A stretch of DNA of 64,000 bases, from positions 96,001 to 160,000 of the forward strand of contig CAWDKY010000029.1 in NCBI GenBank assembly GCA_963802945.1, written 5' to 3'. Of the stretch, positions 1 through 11,520 are shown piece after piece (the stretch's first letter is position 1; the number at the start of each line of letters is the position of its first letter). Origin of the DNA: an uncultured delta proteobacterium. Its GTDB lineage: Bacteria > Desulfobacterota > RBG-13-43-22. Below the pieces are notes generated by a model, which was not told the DNA's origin, did not search any database, and saw only the letters and a program-made list of their open reading frames with translations. The position numbers and the translations under genes are program-made.

Positions 1-1
1 C

Positions 2-1949
2 ACCGGGGATAAGTCAGCCACGGGCGTGGCCTTTACCCGGAATCCGGCCACGGGAGAGAATGTATTCTATGGAGAATGGCTGCCCAATGCCCAGGGTGAA
101 GATGTGGTAGCCGGCATACGCACCCCCAATCCGGTCAACAAGGCCGGAAAAACCTCCGACACCCAGCATCTGACCTCTTTGGAAGAAATGATGCCAGACC
201 TATATAGCCAATTATTTAAGATTCAGAAAAAACTGGAAAGACATTATACCGATATGCAGGACATCGAATTCACCATCGAGGAGGGTAAGCTCTGGATGCT
301 TCAAACCCGGACAGGAAAAAGAAACGGCCAGGCCGCCATCCGGATGGCCGTGGAAATGGCCGAGTCCAGGTTGATCAACCAGGAAACGGCCTTGCTCCGA
401 GTGAATCCCGATCAGATCGATGAGCTCCTGCACCCCAGCGTGGATCCCGAAGCCGGGAAAGAGGCCCCGGAACTGGTCAAGGGGCTGCCGGCCGGACCGG
501 GCGGGGCGGTCGGGCGGATCGTCTTTACGGCTGATGACGCCGAAACATGGACTAAACGAGGAGAAAAGGTTATCCTGGTGCGTAACGAAACGTCACCTGA
601 AGATGTCAGTGGCATGCATGCCGCCCAGGCCATTTTAACGGCCCAAGGAGGTATGACCAGTCATGCGGCTTTAGTGGCCAGGGGCTGGGGGAAATGCTGT
701 GTTGTGGGGGCCAATGCCCTGGATATTGATGCCCAGAATAAAATCATCCGGGTTCATAGCCGGGAACTTCATGAAGGTGACTGGATTACCATGGACGGCA
801 CGCGGGGTCGTGTCTTCGAAGGCCAATTGAAACTCCTGCCGGCCGACCCGGCCAATAATCCCTGGTATTTGAAATTGATGACCTGGGCCGACCAAAGGCG
901 AAAATTAAAAATCCGGACCAACGCCGATAGACCGGAGGACGCCAAAACAGCCAGGACCTTCGGGGCCGAGGGCATCGGGTTATGCCGAACAGAACATATG
1001 TTTTTCGAGCCCGACCGGATTCGCTCGGTGCGGGAGATGATCCTGGCCGATACCCTGGAAGGCCGGCAAAAGGCCCTGGCCAAACTTTTGCCCGTGCAAA
1101 AAGAGGACTTTATCGGCATCTTTAAGGCCATGGATGGACTTCCGGTGACCATCCGCCTTCTGGACCCTCCCTTGCATGAATTCTTACCCAAAACAGAGGA
1201 AGAACTTCAAGAACTGTCCCGGGACATGGGGGTGCCCTTTACCCAATTAAAGGCCAAAAATGAGTCCCTCCACGAGTTCAATCCCATGCTGGGCCATCGG
1301 GGCTGCCGGCTGGGCATCACCTTTCCGGAAATCTATGAAATGCAGGTCCAGGCCATCATGGAGGCCGCCTGTGAATTGACGCCACAGAAGGTCAAGGTCC
1401 TTCCGGAAATCATGATCCCCCTGGTGGGACACGTTAACGAACTGGAATCCATGCGCGGCCCTGACCATTCGGATCGCCGAGGCCGTTCAGAAAAAAAGCC
1501 GGGTCAAAGTTAACTATATGGTGGGGACCATGATCGAACTTCCCCGGGCCTGCATCACCTCTGATGAAATCGCCACCCAGGCCGACTTTTATTCCTTCGG
1601 CACCAACGATTTGACCCAGACCGTGTACGGCCTTTCCCGGGATGATGCCGGACGGTTCCTGCCCTCTTACCAGGAACAGCACATCCTTCCAGACGACCCC
1701 TTTATCACCATTGATGTCGAGGGGGTTGGGGCCTTTATGAAACTGGCCGTGGAAAAAGGCCGGAAGGTCAAGAAGAATTTGAAGATCGGTATCTGCGGAG
1801 AACATGGCGGGGAACCGCGATCGGTTGAGTTCTGTCATCACCTCGATCTGGATTATGTAAGCTGCTCCCCCTTTCGGGTGCCCATCGCCCGGCTGGCCGC
1901 GGCCCAGGCCGCCATCACAGAGAAGACGGGGAAGAAAAAGAGAAAATGA
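2..1949 (+). CDS. ppdK: pyruvate phosphate dikinase, 5'-truncated by the window; +1 frameshift near 1455 joins ORFs 26..1513 and 1518..1949
   Basis: [21 protein letters not shown] (phospho-His), [30 protein letters not shown] and GICGEHGG motifs. Removing one base from atgcgcggcc restores a continuous frame. Confidence 0.95.
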
Positions 1950-2023
1950 CTATGGAGTCAAAAGCAGATCGGAAGGATTAAAAAAATAGGAATGTATTCT
2001 TATAGAAAGGGGGATGACTGAAG

Positions 2024-3682
2024 GTGGAATACACATACGATACCAAAATGTTTAAAGAGACTTTTGAAAGCCGATTTACTTTTCTGAACGGCTTTCTGCG
2101 CAATGTCCATCGTTTTGCCACCAGACCGGCTTTAACCTGCCCTATACGCGAGCATACCTGGACCTATCCGGAGCTGAACCGGGAGGCCAACCGATTGGCC
2201 CATGCCCTGTTGGCCGATGGAGTGGGGAAGAACGAAGTGGTCATGTACCAGTTGCTGAATTGTGCCGAGTTCGTTTTCTGCTATTTGGCCCCTCAAAAGA
2301 TAGCTGCGATTACCTGTCCCATCAATTTCCGACTGGCACCGGGAGAGACCGCCTATATCATCGATGACAGCCAACCGGCGGTCTTTGTCTATGATGTGGA
2401 GGTCAAAAAAAATGCCGAGGCGGCTTTGGCTATGGCTAAGCACAAACCGCGCCGGATCATCATGGTGGACATCTGGGGAAAAGAGCCGGTCCCCGAAGGC
2501 CATATTTCTTTCCAGGATTATGTACGCCATCAGTCGGAAGAAAATCCGGACACCGGACGACCCGTTCATATTTATGATGAAAGCCTTCGGCTTTACACCT
2601 CCGGAACAACCGGCCGGCCCAAGGGAGTGCAGCTCAACAATATCAATGACATCCTTTCGGCCCATGATGTGATCATGCACTTTCCGCTTAACCCGCAGGA
2701 CAAGACCATGAACATGAGCCCCTGGTTCCACCGGGGAGGCATACATTCAGGCGGCCCCAATCCCACCCTATATGTGGGCGGCGAGGTAATCATCCTCCGT
2801 CAGTTTGTCCCGACGACCTGTCTGGAGAATGCGGGAAAATACGGCGTAAGCTTTCTTATCGGCGCTCCGACGATGCTGAAAATGCTGCATGATACCCTGC
2901 TCAAGCGGCCGGTTAAACTGCCCAAGCTGAAGGGGATTATCACCATGGGGGCTCCTTTGGAAAGAGAGGTCTGCATCAAGTATCAGGAGGTATTAACCCC
3001 CAATATCTTTAACGGATACGGGACCTCGGAAGCCTTCTGGAACACCTTTCTGCGTCCCTACGATCTACCGGAGATGGCCGGTTCAATCGGGCGGGCTTGT
3101 ACGGATGATGACGTGGCTGTGGCGAAGGTCTACAGCGACCGCCGGGCCGAGCCCGATGATCATGTGGCCAAAGATGGTCTGGAGGTCGGGGAGATCATTG
3201 TTCGGGCTCCCAATAAAACCTCCTATGCTTATGTGAACAACCCCAAGGAAATAGAAAAGGTTTTCTACAAGGGCTGGATTTATATCGGTGATATGGGGAC
3301 CTGGGATGAGAACGAATTTGTAACCATTGTCGGCCGCAAGGATGATATGATCATTTCCGCCGGTGAAAATATCCACCCGGTACAAATTGAGGAAATCCTG
3401 AATGAGCATCCCAAAGTTCAGGAGTCGGTGGTCATCGGCGTTCCCGACGAACTGCGGGGTGAAGCCGTGGTAGCTTATGTGATCAAGGCGGATCCTTCCC
3501 TGACGGCCAAGGAGCTCAGTAATCACTGTAATAATCATCCCATGTTGGCCAAATTTAAGAAACCCCGCTATTACCGGTTTGTTGAGGAGATCCCTTATAC
3601 GGCCACCGGGAAGAAAATGCATTACAAGGTAAAGGAAACGGCTATTGAGGAGCAGAAACTGGGGCTCCTTGAGCGGGCCTGA
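2024..3682 (+). CDS. AMP-dependent acyl-CoA synthetase / long-chain fatty-acid-CoA ligase
   Basis: LYTSGTTGRPKG, YGTSE, YIGDMG...GRKDDMI and C-terminal TGK adenylation motifs. GTG start with GGGGGA upstream. Confidence 0.9.
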   Translation: MEYTYDTKMFKETFESRFTFLNGFLRNVHRFATRPALTCPIREHTWTYPELNREANRLAHALLADGVGKNEVVMYQLLNCAEFVFCYLAPQKIAAITCPINFRLAPGETAYIIDDSQPAVFVYDVEVKKNAEAALAMAKHKPRRIIMVDIWGKEPVPEGHISFQDYVRHQSEENPDTGRPVHIYDESLRLYTSGTTGRPKGVQLNNINDILSAHDVIMHFPLNPQDKTMNMSPWFHRGGIHSGGPNPTLYVGGEVIILRQFVPTTCLENAGKYGVSFLIGAPTMLKMLHDTLLKRPVKLPKLKGIITMGAPLEREVCIKYQEVLTPNIFNGYGTSEAFWNTFLRPYDLPEMAGSIGRACTDDDVAVAKVYSDRRAEPDDHVAKDGLEVGEIIVRAPNKTSYAYVNNPKEIEKVFYKGWIYIGDMGTWDENEFVTIVGRKDDMIISAGENIHPVQIEEILNEHPKVQESVVIGVPDELRGEAVVAYVIKADPSLTAKELSNHCNNHPMLAKFKKPRYYRFVEEIPYTATGKKMHYKVKETAIEEQKLGLLERA

Positions 3683-3723
3683 AGGCGATAACGGTTTGTT
3701 GTTAATGTAATCTGTTTGTAATC

Positions 3724-3781
3724 TGGGGAGACCAGACTTATTGCTTGACTTCCAAACCAAGCAATAAGTCTGGTCTCCCCA
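3724..3781. repeat. perfect 24-bp inverted repeat (REP-like hairpin, possible terminator)
   Basis: tggggagaccagacttattgcttg (3724-3747), 10-nt loop, caagcaataagtctggtctcccca (3758-3781), followed by attttt. Confidence 0.85.
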
Positions 3782-4571
3782 ATTTTTCCAAATAACTTCT
3801 TATTGTTAAAAGAAGGGTAGTTTTCAAAAGCCGGGTGGAAACGAGAAAATCGATCAGCCCAACCGCCAAACGTTCAAGCAATTTTTTTTAGCTCATTGGC
3901 CTTCTGCTTTATGTCTCTATGGGTTAAAGGCCAGACATTTAGCGCACCTTAATCGCACGGTGCAAGCCGATTTAGTGCTTCATTGTATTTCATAGTCTCA
4001 TCCTTTAGATACCCCAAGAAGTAATAAGAGTACTTTGCCGTCGGAACAAAAGGAAGCCAAGAGGATGCTCACTGCGGAGTTGTGTACTACCGAAGTGCAG
4101 AAATATAACCCGGGTAAGGCAGTTATACCCTTTGCAAAGAGGGCACTAATGCAAGCGGGCATAGGAATCGAAACGGTATTGCGGGATCAACCTAAGATGA
4201 TAATTGCTCAATGGAGGCGTTTTGATCAGGAAGGCACCGATCGTGGAATGACAAGAGGATAGCTGCGAAATGAACTTCTCTGGATCGCCTTAATCCTTTA
4301 TAGGTATTAGGTGAGTACTGTAAAACCCAATATTTTAAATAATAATTGAAAAAAAGGGCTGAAAATTTTATTGACTTTTCGGCGATCAAGGCGTAGGGAT
4401 TTTTTAGCAAATCAACCAAATTTTCTTAAAGGCAACCTTGGTCGATGGAAAAATAATAGGCCCCATTTCTGAAATAAGAGTGGAGTTTTTGGGGTGTTGC
4501 CTAATATTAAAAGTGCACAGGACGCAAAAAGATTTTTATTATCAAAACTGGCCTAAGGATTATGATCCATT

Positions 4572-5615
4572 ATGAGCGAGCAAGATGAGATACTGGTTGT
4601 TGACGACACTCCAACAATGGAGATGTTACTTGTGAGGATGTTGTCGGATGAAGGATTCCAGGTGCGATCTGCCAACAATGGAAAACTGGCGTTAAGCTCA
4701 ATCACATCCAACCCACCCCAGCTGATTTTGCTGGATATCGATATGCCTGGGATGGATGGGTTCGAAGTTTGCCGGCGGCTTAAAGCGCAGGAAGCAACCC
4801 GCGACATCCCCATAATATTCATCAGTGGCCTTATGGGCCTTGAGGAGAAGGTGAAAGGTTTTAGTCTTGGCGGAGTCGATTTTATTTCCAAACCTTTCCA
4901 ACCTGAAGAGCTTCTTGCACGGGTGCGAACCCATTTGGAATTAAATCGGTTGCGGACCAGGCTCGAAGCCCAGGTGGCGGATCGAACGGCTCAACTACAC
5001 AAGTCGACGGAAGAACTCAAACAAAGTTTAGAAAGACTACATAACTCCATGGGAGGGATTATCCAGGCCATGTCCTTGACTGTCGAGACCAGGGATCCCT
5101 ATACCGCCGGCCATCAGCGGCGGGTGGCCGACTTGGCCCGGACCATCGCCCAGGAGATGGGACTTCCTAAAGATCAGGTGGATGCCCTGCGTATGGCCGG
5201 AACTGTCCATGATTTGGGAAAAATTTCCATCCCGGCAGAGATCCTCAGTAAACCGGTTCAATTGTCCGATATTGAATTCAACCTGATCAAGGGCCATCCG
5301 CAGGTCAGTTATGACATCCTGAAGGATATCGATTTCGACTGGCCTGTGGCTCAGATCGTTCTTCAGCATCATGAAAGGATCAATGGGTCGGGGTATCCCC
5401 ATGGGCTGTCGGGAAAGGCCATTTGTTTGGAGGCCCGCATTCTGGCTGTGGCCGATGTCGTTGAAGCCATTTCAGGCCATCGGCCCTACCGGCCGGCTTA
5501 TGGGATTGATGTGGCTCTGGATGAGATTGAAAAAAACAAAGGGATTCTCTATGATTCCGAGGTGGTGGATGCCTGCCTGAGGCTTTTCAGAGAGAAGGGG
5601 TACCATTTCAATTAA
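4572..5615 (+). CDS. response regulator with HD-GYP c-di-GMP phosphodiesterase domain
   Basis: REC domain (ILVVDD, ILLDIDMP, KPF), coiled-coil linker, RDPYTAGHQRRV, HDLGK, HHERINGSGYP, HRPYR. Confidence 0.92.
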   Translation: MSEQDEILVVDDTPTMEMLLVRMLSDEGFQVRSANNGKLALSSITSNPPQLILLDIDMPGMDGFEVCRRLKAQEATRDIPIIFISGLMGLEEKVKGFSLGGVDFISKPFQPEELLARVRTHLELNRLRTRLEAQVADRTAQLHKSTEELKQSLERLHNSMGGIIQAMSLTVETRDPYTAGHQRRVADLARTIAQEMGLPKDQVDALRMAGTVHDLGKISIPAEILSKPVQLSDIEFNLIKGHPQVSYDILKDIDFDWPVAQIVLQHHERINGSGYPHGLSGKAICLEARILAVADVVEAISGHRPYRPAYGIDVALDEIEKNKGILYDSEVVDACLRLFREKGYHFN

Positions 5616-5717
5616 GCAGAGGAATTTTTATGGTAACCTGAGTTAGTTATTCTTTAAAACTGTTTTTGTGCACATTTCCTTTTCTTAACCAATGATCTGT
5701 ATAAAGCAAGTTCTCCA

Positions 5718-7130
5718 TTACTCCCCCCAGTACAGAACCTTATAGAGAGTCACCCGATTGACAAGCCGGGCTAATTGAAGCTGGATCAGTCCCTGTTGGG
5801 CCGCATAGAGGGAACGTTGCGCATCGAGGACGCTCAGGTAGCTGTCAATGCCCTTGGTAAAACGCGCCTTAGAGAGGCGGTAGGTTTCTGCAACAGCCTC
5901 GACCAAAGATTGCTGCGCCGCGATCTGCTGGTTCACTGTGCCCCGCACGGCCAGGGCATCAGCCACCTCCCGGAAAGCCGTTTGGATAGCCTTCTCATAC
6001 TGAGCCACAGCAATTTCCTTATCAACTTTGGTTACACGGTAGGCCGACCAAGTGCGGGTATCAAAAATCGGCAAAATGATCTGCGGTGTGAAAAGCCAGG
6101 TATCCTGGCCGGCTTTGAAGAGTCCGGACAGAGCGGCGCTGGCAGTTCCGATGGAGGTCGTCAGGGAGATATTGGGAAAGAAAGCAGCGCGGGCGGCGCC
6201 GATATTGGCGTTGGCCGCCTTGAGCAGATGTTCAGCCGTCAGCACATCGGGGCGGCGCAAGAGCAGTTCGGAGGACAGGCCAGGGGAAATTTCTTTGGTT
6301 GGGTTGACACTGCCCAGTTCCGAAGGCAAGATCTCTTGCGGTAGCGGAGAGCCGACCAGAAGATTCAAGGCGTTTTCATCTTGCGCCATCATTTGCGCAT
6401 AGCGGGCGACATCTCCCCTGGCCGTATCCACCTGGCTTTGGGCGCGCCGGAGATCCAATTCAGATGCGACCCCCACGTCATATTGTTTCCGGATCAATTT
6501 GTAAGAAGCCTCCTGAGCCTCGAGGGTGGAGGCCACCAGCTTGAAGTTTTCCCGGTCTGTAGCCAGGGTCAGATAGGCCTGAGCTACCGCTGAGACCAGC
6601 GAGATTTGTGCACTGCTACGGGCATCCTTGGTAGCCAAGTACTCCTCCAACGCTTGTTCTTTCAGGCTGCGGAGGCGGCCGAAGAAGTCAATTTCCCAGG
6701 AAGTGATGCCGAGATTGATGCCGTATTCTGAGTAGATCGCTTTGTACCCAGTGGTCGAAAGATCAGCCGGATAAAGTTGTCTAAGTTCCATCCCGACCGC
6801 ACTGACCGAAGGCAGCAGCGAGGCTCGCTGAATACCGTACAAAGCGCGGGCCCTTTCAACATTCAAGATCGCCAGCCGCAGATCGCGGTTGTTGTCCAAG
6901 GCGATCCCGATGATCTTTTGCAGACGTTCATCGATGAAGAACTCCCGCCATGGCAAGTCCGAGGCTGCCGGGGCAGAGGCCGCAGACTTCGCTTCATTGT
7001 AAGCCGCACCGGTCGGCCATTGGGCAGGCACCGGCGCATCCGGCCGCGTATATTTCGGGGCCATGGTGCAGCCGCCCAAAAAAACGCCGATCAGACTCAG
7101 AATCAGAAGAAGAAATAGGTTTCTCTTCAT
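5718..7130 (-). CDS. RND efflux outer-membrane lipoprotein (OprM/NodT family)
   Basis: Start MKRNLF with lipobox LGGC, then TMAPKYTRP; NNRDLR, WEIDFFGR, LLRRPDV, ARAAFFP motifs. Confidence 0.9.
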   Translation of the reverse strand: MKRNLFLLLILSLIGVFLGGCTMAPKYTRPDAPVPAQWPTGAAYNEAKSAASAPAASDLPWREFFIDERLQKIIGIALDNNRDLRLAILNVERARALYGIQRASLLPSVSAVGMELRQLYPADLSTTGYKAIYSEYGINLGITSWEIDFFGRLRSLKEQALEEYLATKDARSSAQISLVSAVAQAYLTLATDRENFKLVASTLEAQEASYKLIRKQYDVGVASELDLRRAQSQVDTARGDVARYAQMMAQDENALNLLVGSPLPQEILPSELGSVNPTKEISPGLSSELLLRRPDVLTAEHLLKAANANIGAARAAFFPNISLTTSIGTASAALSGLFKAGQDTWLFTPQIILPIFDTRTWSAYRVTKVDKEIAVAQYEKAIQTAFREVADALAVRGTVNQQIAAQQSLVEAVAETYRLSKARFTKGIDSYLSVLDAQRSLYAAQQGLIQLQLARLVNRVTLYKVLYWGE

Positions 7131-7131
7131 A

Positions 7132-10100
7132 TCATTTATCCTCCTCTGAAGGCTTTGCGTCACTTGTTTTAGCTGCTTTATCCTTACTGTGTTTGCCAAA
7201 GGTTTTCTCAATCAACACATAGAAGAGCGGCGCAAACAAGGTTACCAGGAAGGTGGCGGTCACCACCCCACCCAGCGCACCAGTACCGATGGCCTTTTGT
7301 GCGCCTGCTCCCGCGCCGGTTGCAAGGGCTAACGGCAGGACGCCGAATCCGAAGGCCAGCGAGGTCATGATGATGGGACGCAGCCTTAGTTTGGCTCCTT
7401 CCAGAGTCGCCTCAATCAGTCCCATTCCTCCTTCCAGACGGGCCTTGGCGAACTGGACGATAAGGATGGCATTTTTGGTGGTCAGGCCCAGGATGGTCAA
7501 AAGGCCGATCTGGAAATAGATGTCGTTGGGCATCCCCCGCATACTCGTGGCAATGGCGCCGCCGACTGCCCCCAGGGGGAGGGCCAGGAGGATCGCGATG
7601 GGAACGGTCCAACTCTCATACAGGGCTGCTACGCACAGGAAGATGATCAGGATAGAAAAGGCGTAAAGCGGGGCGGCCTGGGTGCTGGCTTGCCGCTCTT
7701 GGTAGGAAATTCCTGTCCAGTCAAAACCGATCTCCTTGGGCAGCTTCGAGGCAAAGTCTATCATGGCCTGCATGGCCTCACCGGAACTCCTGCCTGGCGC
7801 CGGCTCTCCCCATATTTCTAGGGAAGGAAAGGCATTATAGCGCTCTAACCTGGGAGAACCGTAGGTCCAGTGCCCAGAGGCAAAAGTGGAATAAGGGACC
7901 ATATTGCCCGCGTTGTTGCGCACGTAGAGTTTATCCAGATCACTGGGCAACATGCGGTATGGGGCGTCGGCCTGAATGTCCACATGCTTGACCCGTCCAC
8001 CTTTAATAAAATCGTTGACATAGGCGCTGCCAAATAATGCCGAAATGGAGTTGTGGATGGCACTAATGGGAACCCCCAAGGCGCCGGCCTTGTTCCAATC
8101 TAAGTCGATCTTGTATTGGGGAGTATCTTCCAGTCCGTTAGGTCTTATCCGGGTGATTCTCGGATCCTTGGCCGCCATGGCCAGGAGTTGGTCGCGAGCC
8201 GCCATCAGACCCTTGTGTCCCAGGCTGCCACGGTCCTGCAACTCGAAGTCAAAACCCTTGGCATTGCCCAGTTCGATAACCGGCGGCGGCGGGAAGGCGA
8301 ATACCTTGGCGTTGCGGATCTGCGAAAAGGCCCGCATGGCTCTGTCGGCCACAGCGGGGGCTCTCAGCTCCCGCCGGTTACGCAGTTTCCAGTCTTTGAG
8401 TTTGACATAGGCCATACCGATGTTCTGTCCCCGGCCGGCCTGATTCTGACCGCTATTGGCCATAACGGCTTCCACCGCGTCTTTTTCCTTAAGCAGAAAA
8501 TAATTTTGGACGGCATCCATTACTTCCCTGGTCTGTTCCAACGTGGAACCCGTCGGCAGCGTGGCCATGACAAGCAGTGTCCCCTGGTCTTCATCTGGAA
8601 GATAACCCTTAGGTAAATGCAGAAGCAGCAATCCCATCACCGCCACAATCAGCAGGTATAAAACCAAATAGCGCACGTTTTTGTTTAACGACTGACCGAC
8701 CATGCTCACGTACAGATCTCGGAATCGAAAAAAAACGCGATCAAACCATCTGAAAAACGGGCGGAGAAGAGATATCCCGCCTTCTGCCGCTTCATGGCCC
8801 TTGGGCACCGGCTTGAGCAGCGAGGCGCAGAGGACCGGTGTCAGGATTAAGGCCACCAACAGCGAAAGGAGCATGGAGGAGATAATGGTCACGGAAAACT
8901 GGCGGTAAATGACGCCGGTGGAGCCACCGAAAAAGGCCATGGGAGCAAAGACGGCTGAGAGCACCAACCCGATGCCGATCAGCGCCGGGGTAATTTGGTC
9001 CATGGACTTGGCGGTGGCTTCCCGGGGCGAAATCCCTTCTTCGCTCATAATTCGCTCGACATTTTCCACGACCACGATGGCGTCGTCCACCAAAAGGCCG
9101 ATGGCCAGGACCATGGCAAACATGGTCAGCACATTGATGGAGAAACCGAACAATCCTAGCGTCGCGAAGGTGCCGAGAAGGACCACCGGCACGGCGATGG
9201 TCGGAATGAGGGTGGCCCGCATGTTGCCCATGAACAGGTACATGACCAGAAAGACCAGCAAGATGGCTTCGAAAAGGGTCTTGACCACTTCCTCAATGGC
9301 CACTTTGGTAAAGGGTGTCGTGTCGAAGGGATAAACGGCCTTCATGCCGTGGGGAAAGTATCGGCTCAGCTCCTTCATCTTGGCCCGGATCGCGTTGGCC
9401 GTATCCAGGGCATTGGCACCGGGTTCCTGCCGGATGGCCAGCCCGGCCGCCGGCTTGCCCTTGTAATAAGAAAAGGAATCGGCAAGATCGGTTCCCAGTT
9501 CCGTCCGCCCTATTTGCTTGATCCGGACGATGGAGCCGTCCGGATTAATGCGGACGGGTATTTCGGAGAACTCCTCGGTGGTTCTGAGATAGCTATGGAC
9601 GATAATGCTGGCGTTGAGACGCTGTCCTTTCACCGCCGGCGCCCCGCCGAACTGGCCGCCGGAGATTTCCACGTTGTAGTTTTGAAGGGCATTGACCACA
9701 TCGTCCACGGTCAGGCTGTAATCCGTCAGCTTGTTGGGGTTGAGCCAAATCCGCATGGCGTACTCACCACCGAATCCTTCCACCTCCCCAACACCCGGAA
9801 CCCGCGCCAACACTTGCTGCACGGTGGTCAGGGCATAGTCTTTTAAATCGATATCGGTCATGCTGCCGTCTTCGGAAACCAGACCCACGATCATCAGGTA
9901 GTTGGCGGTGGATTTGCGAACCAAGACGCCCCGCTGCTGAACCGTTAAGGGGAGTCGGGCCATGGCCAGCTGGAGCTTGTTCTGCACCTTGGCCCAGGCC
10001 AGGTCCGGATCGGTCCCTGGGGCGAAGGTCAGCGTGATGACAGAGATGCCGGACGAATCGCTGGCGCTGGACATATACAGCATTTTGTCCAGCCCGGTCA

Positions 10101-10308
10101 TCTGCTGCTCGATGATCTGCGTTATACTGTCTTCCACCGTCTCGGCCGAGGCCCCAGGATAAAGGCAGCTAATCCTGATGGAAGGCGGAGCAATAGGGGG
10201 ATACTGGGTGATGGGCAAAGTGTAAATCGCCAGGCCGCCCACCACCATAATAATCATAGCGATGACCCAGGCGAAAACAGGACGGTCCAGAAAGAATCTT
10301 GATAGCAT
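7132..10308 (-). CDS. acrB: RND multidrug efflux permease (AcrB/MexB family)
   Basis: 1058 aa; FFLDRPVFAWVIA, QYPPIAPP, LAIGLLVDDAIVVVENVER, GLTTKNAILIV, RLRPIIMTSLAF. Confidence 0.93.
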   Translation of the reverse strand: MLSRFFLDRPVFAWVIAMIIMVVGGLAIYTLPITQYPPIAPPSIRISCLYPGASAETVEDSITQIIEQQMTGLDKMLYMSSASDSSGISVITLTFAPGTDPDLAWAKVQNKLQLAMARLPLTVQQRGVLVRKSTANYLMIVGLVSEDGSMTDIDLKDYALTTVQQVLARVPGVGEVEGFGGEYAMRIWLNPNKLTDYSLTVDDVVNALQNYNVEISGGQFGGAPAVKGQRLNASIIVHSYLRTTEEFSEIPVRINPDGSIVRIKQIGRTELGTDLADSFSYYKGKPAAGLAIRQEPGANALDTANAIRAKMKELSRYFPHGMKAVYPFDTTPFTKVAIEEVVKTLFEAILLVFLVMYLFMGNMRATLIPTIAVPVVLLGTFATLGLFGFSINVLTMFAMVLAIGLLVDDAIVVVENVERIMSEEGISPREATAKSMDQITPALIGIGLVLSAVFAPMAFFGGSTGVIYRQFSVTIISSMLLSLLVALILTPVLCASLLKPVPKGHEAAEGGISLLRPFFRWFDRVFFRFRDLYVSMVGQSLNKNVRYLVLYLLIVAVMGLLLLHLPKGYLPDEDQGTLLVMATLPTGSTLEQTREVMDAVQNYFLLKEKDAVEAVMANSGQNQAGRGQNIGMAYVKLKDWKLRNRRELRAPAVADRAMRAFSQIRNAKVFAFPPPPVIELGNAKGFDFELQDRGSLGHKGLMAARDQLLAMAAKDPRITRIRPNGLEDTPQYKIDLDWNKAGALGVPISAIHNSISALFGSAYVNDFIKGGRVKHVDIQADAPYRMLPSDLDKLYVRNNAGNMVPYSTFASGHWTYGSPRLERYNAFPSLEIWGEPAPGRSSGEAMQAMIDFASKLPKEIGFDWTGISYQERQASTQAAPLYAFSILIIFLCVAALYESWTVPIAILLALPLGAVGGAIATSMRGMPNDIYFQIGLLTILGLTTKNAILIVQFAKARLEGGMGLIEATLEGAKLRLRPIIMTSLAFGFGVLPLALATGAGAGAQKAIGTGALGGVVTATFLVTLFAPLFYVLIEKTFGKHSKDKAAKTSDAKPSEEDK

Positions 10309-10320
10309 TGTGGGCCTCCG

Positions 10321-11520
10321 TCAATTCGATTTTGCCGGCGGCGTTAAGGCCTTCTTACGTTCCCCGCTGCTTGTTGTGCTGCCCATTTCAAAAGGAACAA
10401 CCTTTACGGAAGCACCGGGTGTCACCTTTTGCATCCCTTCGATAATTACCCGATCACCTGGTGCCAGACCCGATGAAACGAGCCATTGATCGCCGATGGC
10501 TCGATCGAGCCTGAGCATCCGCAATTGGACCTTACTCGCGGCGTCTACGATCAAGGTGAACGGGTTACCCGTGGGATCGCGTGTCACGGCCTGCTGGGGA
10601 ATGAGGGTGGCCTTCTTATCGACACCTTCCGGCACCACCGTCCGGACGAACATGCCCGGCAGGAGAACCCCATTCGGATTGGGAAAGATGGCCCGTAGAA
10701 TTACCGATCCGGTCGTCGGATCGACCGTGACGTCTCGGAATTGAAGGGTTCCCGCCAATGGATAGGCTGTACCGTCTTCCAGAATCAGTTGAATCTTTTT
10801 CTGATTTGCCCCATTTTGATCCAGACGGCCTTCCTCCAAGCTGCGCCGTAATCGCAGCACTTCGGTCGTGGATTGAGGCACATCTACGTATATGGGATTC
10901 AGTCGTTGAACGGTCGCCAGGGCCGTGGGCTGCTGCGCCGTCACCAGGGCGCCCACTGTTACGTTGGATCTTCCGATCCGGCCTGAGATGGGTGCAGTGA
11001 CGGCGGTGTATTTTAGATTAATAAGGGCTGTCTCGACCATGGCCTTCCAATACTGGATATCCGCCTCTGTCTGTTTCAAGGCAGCAGCCGCATCGTCGTA
11101 GTCCTGCTGGCTGACCGCTTTATCGACCAGCAATTCCCGCAAACGATCAGCCTTCAGCCGGATCGCCGGCAGATTGGCCTCGGACCTCATGAGCGCGGCC
11201 TTGGCATTGTCAAGCGCCGCCTGATAGGTGGCCGGATCGATTTGATAAAGCACCTGGTCGGCCTTGACATCGGAGCCTTCCGTAAACAAGCGCTTCTGGA
11301 TGATGCCACCTACCTGAGGACGCACGTCAGCTACTAAATTGGCGGAGGTTCGACCGGGCAATTCGGTCGTGATAGCCAGCTGCTTCGTCTGTATCGTCAC
11401 AACGGCAACTTCGGGAGCAATACTTTGAATGCCTTTCTTCTGTCCGCAACCGCCCAGGAGCAAGAGTCCGAAGAGAAAACCCCCGGCAGCGATTAGTTTG
11501 GCTTGGTCATGAATCTGCAT
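10321..11520 (-). CDS. acrA: RND periplasmic adaptor (AcrA/MexA family)
   Basis: Lipobox LGGC, ELPGRT, VRPQVGGII, APISGRIG, NPNGVLLPGMFV. Confidence 0.92.
   Translation of the reverse strand: MQIHDQAKLIAAGGFLFGLLLLGGCGQKKGIQSIAPEVAVVTIQTKQLAITTELPGRTSANLVADVRPQVGGIIQKRLFTEGSDVKADQVLYQIDPATYQAALDNAKAALMRSEANLPAIRLKADRLRELLVDKAVSQQDYDDAAAALKQTEADIQYWKAMVETALINLKYTAVTAPISGRIGRSNVTVGALVTAQQPTALATVQRLNPIYVDVPQSTTEVLRLRRSLEEGRLDQNGANQKKIQLILEDGTAYPLAGTLQFRDVTVDPTTGSVILRAIFPNPNGVLLPGMFVRTVVPEGVDKKATLIPQQAVTRDPTGNPFTLIVDAASKVQLRMLRLDRAIGDQWLVSSGLAPGDRVIIEGMQKVTPGASVKVVPFEMGSTTSSGERKKALTPPAKSN

Noticed and set aside
2024-3682. Acyl-CoA ligase as the starter-loading enzyme of the lipid cluster
   Set aside because: It lies 23 kb away, beyond housekeeping genes, with no evidence of linkage.
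4035-4262. 75-aa ORF in the AT-rich spacer
   Set aside because: TTG start, no RBS and no recognisable motif; cannot be supported as a gene.
4428-4560. c-di-GMP-I riboswitch-like words (GGCAAC, GGACGCAAA, GGCCTAAG) upstream of the HD-GYP gene
   Set aside because: Spacings are far too long and there is no GAAA-capped P2 stem. An Infernal scan with RF01051 would settle it.
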